Shown here: positions 1 to 12,403 of the stretch, piece by piece
Layout of the letters: each line of letters opens with the position of its first letter
Position numbering within the stretch: the first letter of the stretch is position 1
NCBI GenBank assembly: GCA_903813345.2
Contig: CAIIXF020000001.1
Span: 22,072,001 to 22,136,000, forward strand
Length of the DNA: 64,000 nt
From: Owenia fusiformis
Lineage: Eukaryota
Reading direction: 5' to 3'
Position numbers and translations under genes: made by a program
Notes under the pieces: model-generated
Told to the model about the DNA's origin: nothing
Databases searched by the model: none
What the model saw: the letters and a program-made list of their open reading frames with translations, nothing else

Positions 1-851
1 TAGTATATCAAATGAAACATTGGATAAATATCATATTTCAAAATTATACATGATAATGCAACTTTTAATTGGTTTGATATGTTCAATGGAAAATTACATT
101 TTTTGGATATGTCAATTTGAAATTACTTTTTATGACAACATTACAATATTGACCAATGGATCATTTACAAAAACTTTTTCAAAGTTAGAATTTCTAAATC
201 AAGTGTTTTGAACGTAGATATAATGATCGCAAAGTAAGAGAACACAAACTTTTATATGAGTTCCTAACTTGAGGTTTCTGTTAATAGACTCTTAATTGTT
301 CTCAAACTATGACGTCATTATGTCCATGGTTACAACATTAACAATTTATTAATTCAACAAAGTTTCTGTTAATGGTCACTCAAAGTTCTTCAAAAAAGCT
401 TAGCTCCACTAACAAATCCAAATCACATGTATCCAAATCACAGATGTTTGCATATCAAATTACTGTTGTACATCCAATTATTTTAAAAACTTAAACATAT
501 CCATAAAAAACTAAACAGATAGAGTTTGGTTTAAATCCTCATTATATAAAAGTATAACAACTAAAAAATCAAAAATTAATTGATGGTAACACATACAATT
601 AACTTGTAGGGGCCCACGTCCCACGTGTTAATTGCTTATTTAACACAATATGAATTCATGTGTTACATGGTTTTTCTAATTTGGTCATTTTCCAGGGGAG
701 AACTCCATACATTGCCACATTACACTGCATGACCCAAAAGTGAAACATTTTCGAGAACTTAGATACCCTATATAGTCCCTAAGATATCCTATAAAAATAA
801 ATAAATACTACATAGTTCTATATGAGACAAACACATATAAACATTGTACAT

Positions 852-3800
852 CTAGCATATATCGGAAGATATATGTGACAAAATTTTGACTTTGGGCTGA
901 CTTTGTCGACCAGCTGAATTTATCTGAAGACTGGGTTTTTCAACAATTTGAGCGACAGTTACTTCCTTAGAGAATGATACTCGCTTGTTTTTGTTCCTGT
1001 TCTTTTTGGTAGGATTTTGTGACTGAGGACATAGACATTGTGACTGTTGCTGTAATATATGTTGCAAGTTAGTTCCTCCTACAAAACATTCCTCTGGTTT
1101 CTCAGTTATTTGAATAGTATTTTCTGGATCGCCATTTATATTGAGTTGTCCCATGTCAACTGGTGTACTAGATGCCTGAGGGGGAATTACTACACTTGTT
1201 GTCCTTTCACCCCCACAGTTTTCACATAAACTGGTCCCATCTGTGCTGTCTATGGTAATGGTAGAGTCTGAGTCTGAACAAGGGGTGGAAGGACCAGGCA
1301 TTACATAGTCAGTATCTAGGGAGTTTGGCACTGTCATGGGAGATGATCCACTATCAATACCAGAGTCATCAGATCCGAGTATGTCTAGGTTATCATTGGA
1401 ACTCCTGCAAATCAAATAGGTATACACATGTACTGAGGTATATATCAAAAGTTCACTGATTACTTTATTTATATGAATTTACACATATCCGATTCCATGG
1501 TGGGAATGAGGTCTTAATTTCAATAAAGAGTCAACGAAAGAAATCAAGAATTTTGTACAATTTATTTATCAACTTAAAAGCTGCTTTATCTCAGACAATA
1601 TAAACCACCTCAATTGATGGAATTAAAATCATTCTACAGGAATTTTGTTGGAAGCTATTTCTGATTCAAAACAAAGTTAATGAAAATGGAGCAGATGTAT
1701 TATACTCCCAAGTATTTTTTATAACATATACAAAAAAGGTATAGTCTAAATACCGAGTAGAGCATTTACTATTCCAAATTCATATGCCGCCACTTTGTTT
1801 TGTTTTTAAATATTTTTTTTGGGCTGGAGAGCTGGAGCAATAGATTTATATGGGATAATTCAGAATGACAACAATATTCTCACCTCCCGTGTTAGAGTGC
1901 TCAAATTCGGGAACAGATTTTTTAAATCCAGTTTTTTTCCCCATTAAAATACGTATACAAGGTCCGATTTTGAACACATCATTTCAGTTTTACTTGACAT
2001 TCCTCTTCACATATATTCGCACAATCAACAAGGCACAGGACGTGAACGAGATCACACCATCAAATAGGCAGAGACTATGAACCAGGAAAACTGTTCTCCT
2101 ATTATGTTTACAAATTTCAAGAACAAGAAAACAAGATGGCCGCCCAAAAGTTAATCACCTCTAGTACTTGATATCCTCTATCATTTGTGTAAACTTGAAG
2201 GAAATCCGATGAGCGGTTTTCCTGAAATGGCGATGACAAGATTTTTCGAAAAACCTTCAAAATGGCCACCAGAAAACAAGATGGCCGCCCAAAAGTTAAT
2301 CAGCTCTAGTACTTGATATCCTCTATCATGTGTTCAAAATGGCTGCCAGAAAACAAGATGGCCGCCCAAAAGTTAATCAGCTCTAGTACTTGATATCCTC
2401 TATCATTTGTGTAAATTTGAAGGAAATCCAATGAGCGGTTTTCCTGAAATGGCGATGACAAGATTTTTCGAAAAACCTTCAAAATGGCCGCCAGAAAACA
2501 AGATGGCCACCCAAAAGTTTATCAGCTCTAGTACTTCATATGCTCTATCATCTCTGCGAATTTGGAGAAAATCTGATGAGCAGTTTTCCTTAAACGGCGA
2601 TGACAAAAAGCGGGACGATCACGATCACGACCACGACCACGATCACGACCACGACCACGACCACGACCAGTATGACGACTATATCCCACCGATGGTGTGA
2701 TAATAAAAATATAGGTCCTTATGACAATCTGCAAAGCGTTTTCACAAATATTTTTTGAAACTGACGATAATCATGAAATGTTCTACCATGACATCACTGA
2801 CTTAGTTCCCGAAAGCTGAGACAGGATGACTCGATATGAAACAAGAAGCAAGTTCTTGTGTTTATAATGTGGGCTTGATTTCATGTTTATATATGTTTAA
2901 CTTAAATCAATATACTATATGCGAATAGAAATAATCTTGATTTACGTCATTAAATATTCAAAATTCAGTCAAAGTGATGTCATATTTGAAATCTATATGT
3001 AAAAGTACATCTAGAAAAATGGTTTCGAAAATTGTTTATCAACTTTGAAAATTTAATTTTTTTGAAAATGTGATTTCTAGCTCAGGTTGATTCCTCATAG
3101 ACCCCATGTTACAAAATCACAAAAAGTGAAATATCTTTTCTTGTATTGGACAGATAACATTTTCTTTTACTGGACATATCTTAATTTGCATAACTATTAG
3201 ATACATAAGGGTTATATAAAAATTGATCCACTAAAACAGATGTAATTTAAGTTAAAGGGAACTTTCTACCATACCCGCCATGCTATCTGACCCGAACGAG
3301 CCACCTGGTGGCGAAACTTGTGACTACCTACTCGCATCTGCGTTATTGTCAAGGTTGTAACTTGATTAGTATGACCTTTATCATCCCGAAAATATGCAAA
3401 AACATGGTTTTAAGGTTTGGAGAATTTGGTTTAATCAACAGACCAACGGAAATTTGTTCCACTTGAAGTGATGCAGGAGGTATTTATGTTAATGATCATG
3501 TTTTCATCTAACACAAATCAAGTCTATTAATCTGCTCTGGTTAATAACCAATAAATATTTTATGAACTGAAGAACATCTGCGCAGGTTTTCAATTCAATA
3601 ACTTTGTATTGGATCAAACTGGCTTCCGATATAAATTAATTGTGTTACGTTCCCACCATGTAAAATACTTTTGTATATGTAATAATACTTCTTTGGAGTC
3701 ATAAATGTTTATGTTTATCAAAGTTAAATCAGATTGTGAAACGTGTTTGTATTTTCCCTGACTGCCACGTGCCACATTTTTAGGTAGGACTTACCCAGGC

Positions 3801-6800
3801 TGTGAGGAACTATATTTGAGTATTTCTCCTTCAACACCATTTCCCTTATGTCCTTCTACGACAGCGGTGATGTCGCTAGGGGACAGGCAGGTCTGCAGGA
3901 ACAAGTGTACGTAGCTGTCGGAAAGATACTGGGTCACCTCTACAACCCTATAGCAAACAAAACACTCATCAGACATTGAGTATAATTATAATGGGTATTT
4001 TTAGCTAAAAAATGAATAATTGTTATTTACATCAGTAAACTACTATGCTGAAATGTAGTATGTATAAAGTGAACACCTACGGAGTCACAAAAAGTGTTCA
4101 CTGTAGGTAGCTGTTCACTACAGAGGGGATTTTATACAGGAGTCAATGTTTGTTGAAGTGGTGTCCATGAAACACAGGTGTTCACAAGAGAGAGGTGTTC
4201 ACTAAGATTATGTAAAACTCACTTATCTAGAAACTGTTTTAGGCCTGGTATTCTTGAAGAGACCACCTGCTCACTGAATCTGTTGAACCAAACACTTTTA
4301 GGAAGGTTTGGAACAGTCCTGGAAATAATAAAACAGAGCCTTACAAGTCAAATGCAGATTATGACATAACCCCATCATGTAGATAATATTCTAAAATAAA
4401 GAGCAGCAGTAGGTACAAGCTATAGACAAAACAACTGTAGATTTTGACATAACTTTATACAGACTTGCCAACCTCCCGTTTTTTTACGGGAATCTCCCGT
4501 AAATTTTTTGTTTTTCCGTAAAAAATACCAAACTCCCGTACCGTTTTCTCCCGTAAAAACTCCCGTACTGTATTTCTACTAAACTCCCGTACTGTATTTC
4601 TACTAAAATATCCCGTAATTTTTTTGAAAAATATGGCCGTAAAATCTCCCGTATTTTTGCTGAAATCTCCCGTAAAATCTCCCGTATTCTGGTATAACTC
4701 CCGTAAAATCTCCCATATTCTTGGTATAACTCCCGTAAAATCTCCCGTTTTCTGGTATAACTCCTGTAATATCTCCTGTATTCTTGGTATAACTCCCGTA
4801 AAATCTCCGTTTTTTGCTGTCGAAATCTACCGAATTTGACAAATTTGTGACCTTGATTATTGCAGGCACGCTTCTTCATTGTCTTTCTTTTACTCCAAGA
4901 AGGATTGGCTCCCATGGTTCACTATCGATACTTTCATAAATAACTTAAAAGTACTTCATTCCCTTGATTCAAATTGCTTCTCTGCTATCAGTTCGGTATA
5001 AGTTTGCACACCAAATGTCCAAAAACGGGGCCAGTTCATATTCTGTTGTACTTCTGTCAGGAGAATACATTTTGTTTTTATATGGCGCTAAACAAAATAT
5101 TCCCGCAATATAAGGCGCATTATGGGTAGGGACTGCTGTGAAATAATGAACTAGGTGACATCTATCTTAGATTATAAGTTCTAATTAATTTATTAACTGC
5201 GCATGCGTCATAATAATTTCAACCAATCATAAACCTACCGTAAGAACTCCCGTTTTTTTCCGAAATCTACCGTAAAAACTCCTGTTCTTTCAAAATCGAC
5301 CATAAAAACTCCCGTTTTTTCAAAATCTAAAGTAAAAACTCCTGTTTTTTCAGAAATCTACCGTAAAAAACTCCTATTTTTTCAAAATCGACCATAAAAA
5401 CTCCAGTTTTTTCAGAAATCTACCGTAAAAACTCCATTTTTTTTTAAAAATCTACCGCAAAAACTCCTGTTTTTTCAAAACCTACCGTAAAAAACTCCAG
5501 TTTTTCAGAACCTACCGCAAAAACTCCCATTTTTTTCTGAAATCTTCCGTAAAAAAGTCACATTTTTTTAAAATTTACCGCGAAAAATACCTTTTTTAAA
5601 AAATCTCCCGTAAAAACTCCTGTTTTTTTCAAAATCTCCCATAAAAACTCCATTTTTTTTTCAAAATTTACCGCAAAAACTCCAGTTTTTTTAAATCTCC
5701 CGTAAAAACTACTGCTTTTTTCAAAAATCTCCCGTAAAAACTCCCGCTTTTTTCAAAAAACTCCCGCAAAAACTACCGGATTTTGAAAAAAACTCCCGGA
5801 AAAGTACCTCAATTTTTTTTAAATCTCCCGAAAATTTCTCATTTTAGGTTGGAAAGTCTGTTATACAAAGTGGCTGTAGGCTATGATTTGATGAAAAACA
5901 AAGAAACTTTTGATAAATATAAAATAGGGCCAAAATATCAATGTCAAAACCAATTACACTTTGAGGAGGAAAGTGATTCATATTCAAGATTCAATTTCAG
6001 TGTTATTCAGTTTTGTACAGAAAGGGGCATAAATATTTTTGACAGATTTTTGAAACAACGTAGAAAGACAAACCAATTTAAATATATGGTACGTTCATTC
6101 TGTATAAACTGAACAAGACTAAAGTAGATCACACTTTGTTTACAAAAAATTGCCATCTACATGGAGTTCAACATCATTTATCTAATGATGCCAAAGTGGT
6201 TTGCTCAACTCATATTGTTTAAAAATGAGAGGTGAATGAGAAGTTTGTCAGCCTCACAAGAATGTCACAACAACATGTGATAAATGAGCTTTGAGATGAG
6301 ACTTAATATTAGCTCTATGATCTATGAGAGTTTATCTATTAAGAACAATTGTTTTACCTCAAGTGCACTTAAGTGCTTGTTTAGTACCAATTTAACAGAC
6401 AACTATCATGTGATTACCACAAGATGGGAATGCCATCATTAGACCTACACATGATAATATTGAACTTGCATCCATGACTTTTTACACGTTTTTAGGTCTC
6501 CACCTATTTACAAATCATGCGATAATATTTTTCATTTTGAATTCGATTTTGATTTTTGCCATTTTAACAATAAAAGCTAAGATTTTTAGATCATCACATT
6601 TTTTACTTTTTTGAATAATTGTTAAACATATTATTTTTTAGCACCACTGAACATACTGAATAAATGTTACAATAGTACATGTATAACCATTCGATTTCAT
6701 TTTCATTACACAGCTTCAATTTTATAGCAATTAGCTGTTTTCTTATGGCATGATGCCATGACATACATGACATAAGGATGGTGGTTTTGTATTCAGAAAA

Positions 6801-9800
6801 AACCAAATCATTTTCACAACAATTTTTTCTGTGTATGCTTAAGATTCTAAAATGACTCTTGTACATGTGATTATATCACCAAAGTATGCATTGCATTTTA
6901 TTATGAATGGGCTGGATTTCATTTCTACTTTTTAAATCATGGCAAGTGCATCTGATGAGTTCATATCATGAGGTAAACATTAAAAGGTGGATTGGATCGA
7001 GTGGATTGGATTCATGTAAAAGGTGGATTGGATCGGGATTCTTCAAAATATGGATTTTCCTTAAAAAAATTATATTGATCTCCCATCAGACGATTAATGC
7101 TCTTCTCACTTCCACAATGTCAAATAATAGATGATATCATTTTGCTTGGGTAGACTAGAAAGGTGACCTGATACACAATCTTATTCATTCCAAGGGTAAT
7201 TTTAGACATTTCACAAATCATAAGGCAGACTTTTCAAGTCGAAGATCCATATCATCTGTTTTAAATTCAAACAGAACATGGCAGAATGTCTTGGGAACAC
7301 CCACACATCAATTTGAATGACAGCTTTTATCTACCGATCTATGTTTATTATGTCTTACTAATGTTGATTTACAAGGGAGAGCAGTTAAATGCTTTAGAGT
7401 ATCTATCAACTAATTGAAGGCTGTATTTGTCATTGCTTTGTCAATTCCTTAAAGGGACCCAAGTATTACCACAAAATACTTTAGGCCGGAGGAAATTGCT
7501 TAGAGGGAGATCAGCTAAAAAATCCATATTTTGAAGATTCCCAATCCAATCCACCTTTTACATGAATCCAATCCACTCGATCCAATCCACCTTTTAATCT
7601 CTACCTATCATGAAGGTCGAGTACATACTTTTCGATCAAACTGTACTTGAATGATAAACGAGCAATGACCAGCATAAATGACTAGGAACATACACGTACA
7701 TGTATGTACTATTATTAATAAGGGAGATATGAAGCTGACTGGTACAAAGTCTAAGTTAAAAACAATAATGACATATGGTACTAATAATTTTGAGAATTTA
7801 TCCAAATTCTAGTTTTACTACATTTGGAAGCTGTTTACTACAAATAGTTGGAAATCATCCAAATATCGTAAAATCCTAACATTCAAGTATTGTAGTAAAA
7901 TAACTTTTGCTCATATATTTTAGTGAATTATAAATAAACATGTAGATCAAACACACAAATACTTTTAAGGCTGCGTTAAAGGACAAGAAGTGAAATATTG
8001 CACTTGAAAGAAGAGGTCCAAAGTATAAAAATGAATGTTATTAAGTCTTTTTAATGTCACCAAGTACAGATAAGAATTGTTATTTTAGTAAAACTTCAAT
8101 ATGATTTAAAATTCACATGCATTTTTATCATTGTAACTCTATTGTTATTAGTGGTGAACAAATATAAAACACAATGTGATACTATTTAAGATTCTGTAAG
8201 GAATTCTATGTCTTATTGTATAACTAGTTTAGATTAAGAAGTAGGTAAATATTTGCCTTTCACTGTCAGCACATGTTTCAACATGCATTGATTGTATGTG
8301 TTCCAAATGCACATGATTTAACATACATGCACATTCCATAAGGGGTAAGGCAGCAGGCTAACTTTAACAATCATTATTTCCGACTAATGCCTCAGTCACA
8401 TTTGATCTACAGCCACTGTATGGCAGCAATAACTTCTCAAAATCGAACAAAAAGCAATACAATGTAGATTTTTCATATCGATTTTGTGAAGCTACGCCCA
8501 TGAGTTATTATGGTACATTGAAATTAGAAGGTCATGTTAACATAATGAAATGCTGTACCACATGGAACATTGAAATATTGTCAGTCCATACAATAGACAA
8601 TCAAGCCAATGTTTTTGCATACCTTATAGGTGGCATGAAATGATCATAAATTATCCAAATCTCTGAAGGACAACAAAACATTTAAACTCTATCAGACAAC
8701 GCTAGTATTTTTGCATTTTAATGCTGATTATCTGATTTTAAGTACACACCACATTAAAGTGCTGGACATGTATATGAGAAAACAACTTACACATCAAAGT
8801 GTTGGTCATATAGATGTTTTCTGAGCCAAACAAAGTCAGAGTACCTCCGCCTCACTATAGATTCCCCAACTGAGAATGCTCTGTTGCGTGTCTTAAAAGA
8901 AAAGAAAAATCTCATCACTATATGTGAAGGAATGTAATTTGCTCTGTTATAATGTTACCAAGTATGTCTTGAAACAAGAACATGTCATGAAATGCATTTT
9001 GAAAACAAAACAATAAGCTACGAAATCTGACTTGAATTATTTTTCTCACTAAAGGATATCAAGTTATGAGTAATGAGTCCAAGGATTTTAGTTTGGATAT
9101 CTAGGATATCCTAGGTTATACATATTGAGCCAGGCCAAAGGAAAAGGGGTCTTATCACAGATTTTATCAATGTTTTGATTTTTTGTTTTTCATAAAAAGC
9201 GCAAAGAGACCTTTCAAATGAGTCATGGCTTGTGTCTTAACAATTTTTCCTTGCAGGTATAGTCCAAAAAGACTGATTTGAATTTAGCACATTTTCCTCT
9301 ATCTTGGGCACATTTTTGGCTCTGTAGCACAACTTAAATTTTTGTGATAAGACCGGTTTTCCTATGGCGAGGCTCATATACTGAACGGTTCCATAGTTTT
9401 AACAATTTAATCATTACTGTCAATACATTGAATATGATATGAACTTATTTGCACAACTGTTAAGTTCCACCCGATGTGTGAAACCAAACATCCTTCTTGA
9501 AGGAGTTTCTGGGCACTAGGAAACCAATTAAAGGTAAACTACTAAACTTGCATCAATTCATTGTATTGAGATATCTGTTTGAAGTCTAACCTTTATATGA
9601 ATCTCATATGTTGTAAATTTTCCCTGGTCCCAGGTGTTGTGTGTTATAGGATTTCTTACTATTACTGTAATGTCATCTTCTGCCATTCTGGGCTTCATTG
9701 TGTCCCATTCCTATGAAATATGGTAGCATAAAGGTCAAATTGACATAAGTCTGGTCAATATTAAAACATATAAAATCAAAACTGGCATTTTATTGAAATT

Positions 9801-11114
9801 GGTGAAATTTCATGCGCTGCCCTGCTGATGAAGGGCTATGAAGTACCATTATGTTATCCCGAGTTTAACTAATAACTCTGTGACTTAATTGGACAATGAC
9901 ATACACTTTGTATGTCATCTTAGATTACTCACTTTGAGAGCCATGTTAGATTTTGAAACTTATGGCTCTCAAACGGAGAAGTGAACAGCTGATCAATAGT
10001 GACCTTTGAAATTGAATTAAGTCGATCCGCGGCTTACTTTTGGTCTCTCACTGTGTCTTACATCAGTATCATCAATCAGTGTAAGTATTGGAGCGCTGGA
10101 GTACTTCTTTTTCGATCAAGACTTGTAAATTGTTCATCGAGTTAAAGTTTTACAGACCTATTTCCAATATGGCGGTTTGCTAGGTGCGAGATACGCAACG
10201 AACGAAATGAATTTTGAGAATTAGTTAGGTTCGGACAACCTCCGGAGATTTACGAAAATGTCCGAGCAGAAACCGCCATATTGGAATTTGGCAGTAAAAC
10301 GATTCCCTCGACTAACAATTACAAGTCTTGATCGAAAAAGAAGTACTCCAGCGCTCCAATACTTACACGGATTGATGATACTGATGTAAGACACAGTTAG
10401 AGACCAAAAGTAAGCCGCGGATCGACTTAATTCGATTTCAAAGGTCACGATCATTGAGCTGTCCAAATGCTCCGTGGGAAAGCTATTATATCAAAATCCA
10501 AATAGCTTTCGCAGGAAGTAAATCTTAGAGACATCAAATTTTTATACCAGGCCCATTTTCCAGAAAACATTTTTTAAGATTTGTTTCTAATGGTACAAAT
10601 ATGGCTCTTATAAGCTCAGAATCTTCCAGAGAGGGTTTCGATTTAATTCTGAGAGGTCAGACCCCCCTTGCTTGTGGCACTCCATGCCAGCGACGCTTTA
10701 TGTGGACTCCGGAACGTGGACACACATTCTGCTTACCTAGTGTGTCGGCGACACAACTCATCTTAAATTTGTACTCAAAAGTAGTTCCTCCGAGGCACCC
10801 CTGCCAATGAACCCCTGCTCGTGAACAAAAGTTGGAATATGAATCGAAACAAGTGGGTTCTACTTCAAGTATCTAATATAGTAGATCTAAGCTATCTATG
10901 TGAGATTGCATGAACTCAACTATATGTAGATAAGGTAAGCTTACAGGCTAGACGAAATCTAACTTCTAAGGTTGAATTAGGCTATTTGAGAGATTTTTTG
11001 AAAAAAGAGATCCTCCTCTAAAAGCTCAGTCTGCCTACTGCATTGATCAACTACTTGAACTATTCGTTTACTTACGTGTATAGAAAATGAACTTCCGATT
11101 AAGCCTAATACCAT
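852..11114 (-). CDS. SNX10/11: Sorting nexin 10/11-like PX-domain protein (6 coding exons)
   Basis: Exons (minus): 11114-11076 MVLGLIGSSFSIH; 9710-9591 EWDTMKPRMAEDDITVIVRNPITHNTWDQGKFTTYEIHIK; 8891-8791 TRNRAFSVGESIVRRRYSDFVWLRKHLYDQHFD; 4318-4223 TVPNLPKSVWFNRFSEQVVSSRIPGLKQFLD; 3947-3795 VVEVTQYLSDSYVHLFLQTCLSPSDITAVVEG...; 1404-852 Ser-rich tail. All introns are GT-AG with compatible phases. RRRYSDFVWL is the PX motif, and LSDSxxHLFLQ plus the following helices match the extended PX domain of SNX10/11. The first exon is less certain (alternative ATG at 9698). Confidence 0.9.
2027..2705 (-). mobile_element. Helentron-associated non-autonomous element (HINE/Pearl-like) with internal tandem repeats and (GACCAC)n microsatellite
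   Basis: Subterminal inverted repeats ATCACACCATC (2051-2061) and GATGGTGTGAT (2691-2701), the latter within a short hairpin; (CACGAC/T)n microsatellite at ~2615-2670; four copies of AAAACAAGATGGCC(G/A)CCCAAAAGTT (~2128, 2273, 2350, 2495); inserted in A/T runs. Confidence 0.7.
3215..3352 (+). repeat. Interspersed repeat fragment, second copy at ~50018-50158
   Basis: AAATTGATCCACT...AAGGGAACTTT...GCCACCTGGTGG.GAAACT...ACCTACTCGCATCTG occurs at both loci. Confidence 0.65.
4460..5860. mobile_element. Non-autonomous TIR DNA transposon (hAT-like termini, 5-bp TSD) with arrays of CTCCCGTAAAA subterminal repeats
   Basis: TIRs CAGACTTGCCAACCT (4460) and AGGTTGGAAAGTCTG (5860); TTATA flanks both sides (4455-59, 5861-65); dozens of AAATCT(C/A)CCGTAAAAACTCC units in 4480-4830 and 5230-5830. 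Confidence 0.8.
6972..7605. mobile_element. Merlin-like MITE (GGTA termini, 8-bp TSD)
   Basis: ~90-bp TIRs GGTAAACATTAAAAGGTGGATTGGATCGAG... and ...CTCGATCCAATCCACCTTTTAATCTCTACC; TSD TATCATGA at 6964-6971 and 7606-7613. GG-starting termini with an 8-bp TSD fit the Merlin superfamily. Confidence 0.75.
9126..9376. mobile_element. MITE with ~35-bp imperfect TIRs
   Basis: TGAGCCAGGCCAAAGGAAAAGGGGTCTTATCACA and TGTGATAAGACCGGTTTTCCTATGGCGAGGCTCA. Confidence 0.65.
9905..10540. mobile_element. Fold-back (long inverted repeat) element in SNX intron 1
   Basis: ~10000-10178 is the near-perfect reverse complement of ~10270-10448 (e.g. GTCGATCCGCGGCTTACTTTTGGTCTCT / AGAGACCAAAAGTAAGCCGCGGATCGAC); weaker similarity extends outward. 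Confidence 0.75.
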
Positions 11115-11658
11115 GTTGCAGCTCTCTCATTTAGAACGTAGATTTCAATAATGAAAATAAAATTTGCAACAAATGGTTTTGTTGACATTTTGAAATCATA
11201 TGATGAAATTGTATCACGTGACAAATTATAGCGCCATCTATAGTAAAACAAGCAGAGATTAATTGATTGATTGCGCTGCCATCTTTAATTGAAAATTATT
11301 TCTACTGGTCTTTACTGCTTTTATTTTGCCAAGTAATGGAAAATCCCGGTGGGATGTTCTCCATGCTTAAGGGTGCGACCCTTTTACACCCCCAAGGGAA
11401 TGTTTTTCCTTTTTTCATTGACTCATACACTTTGAAAGTACCCAGAAAGCACCAAATGCTGTATTTTCTAGGGGGAGTGGTCCCGGAGTGGTCCACCCCT
11501 CACACCCCAACAAAACAATTGAAAAGTTCTGAAAATTATTTTTTGTATTGTCTCACACTTTTAAAGTGCAGAGACATCATCATATAGCTCCTTGATATAA
11601 CCTACAGGTAGTCATGATATAGTCAATGTTTCTGAGGGACTAACACTTGCTCCCCCTC

Positions 11659-11992
11659 CAGGGGCGGATCCAGGAACCAACAAGGGGGGGGGGGGCTAAA
11701 TTTCAGGTCAGAGAAAAAACGTCCGCGCTTGCGCGGAAAAAAATTTTGGGCCCCTAAAATCCAAAAGTGGGCCCAAATTTTGAAATTTTGAGGCCCATTT
11801 TCTTCAAAATTTGGCCTGAAATTAACAAATAAGGCCTTAAAAGGCCCAGTAATGACCAAAAAGGCCCACTTTTTGGGGCCTGAAGGCCTTGTTTGGCCCA
11901 AAAATTTTTTTGGGCCCAATTTTTTTTTTCTGGGCCCACCCAAGGAGGGGGGGGCCCGGGCCCCTGGCCCCCCCCCCCCTAATCCGCCAGTG
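11659..11992. mobile_element. GC-rich MITE (CAGGGGCGGATCCAG family), 5-bp TSD
   Basis: Termini CAGGGGCGGATC and AATCCGCCAGTG; TSD CCCTC at 11654-58 and 11993-97; the uninterrupted site is seen in a sister repeat unit (12531-12552). Confidence 0.8.
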
Positions 11993-12029
11993 CCCTCTGG
12001 CAACCTCGACCCACCTCCAACTTTGGCAC

Positions 12030-12166
12030 CTTGCCCGTAGCTAGCTGTTACCAGGAGGGGGAGAAAAATTCTCAGAATGGTGAAAAACTGCATGATTTTG
12101 AAAGAATTTCTGGCCAGGGGGGGGGGGGCAGAAGCTCCCCCAGATTCCCCTCTGGCTACGGGCCTG
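12030..12166. mobile_element. MITE (CAGGCCCGTAGCCAG family), inverted relative to the 12205-12403 copy
   Basis: Termini CTTGCCCGTAGC and GCTACGGGCCTG; flanks GGCAC / GGCAA. Confidence 0.7.
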
Positions 12167-12204
12167 GGCAACCCCGCCCTCCTTTAAATTTCTAGGGAAG
12201 TAAT

Positions 12205-12403
12205 CAGGCCCGTAGCCAGAGGGGGAGCTGGGGGAGCGGAAGCTCCCCCCCCCTGGCCAGAAATTCTTTCAAAATCATGCAGTTTTTCACCATTCTGAGA
12301 ATTTTTCGCAATTAATTTCGCAATTAAAATTAGCAAAAATTGTGAAAAAGCCCCCCCCCCTGGAAAAAAGCTCCCCCCTTGGTAAAAGCTGGCTACGGGC
12401 AAG
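12205..12403. mobile_element. MITE (CAGGCCCGTAGCCAG family), 5-bp TSD GTAAT
   Basis: Termini CAGGCCCGTAGCCAG and CTGGCTACGGGCAAG; GTAAT at 12200-04 and 12404-08. A truncated relative starts at 18416. Confidence 0.8.

Noticed and set aside
2407-2734. ORFs with DHDHDH or GRGRGR repeats (metal-binding- or RGG-like)
   Set aside because: Translations of the (GACCAC)n microsatellite inside a Helentron-type element.
4484-4915. 143-aa repetitive ORF (REILRELYQEY) and overlapping ORFs
   Set aside because: They arise from subterminal tandem repeats of the TIR element; no domain or splice support.
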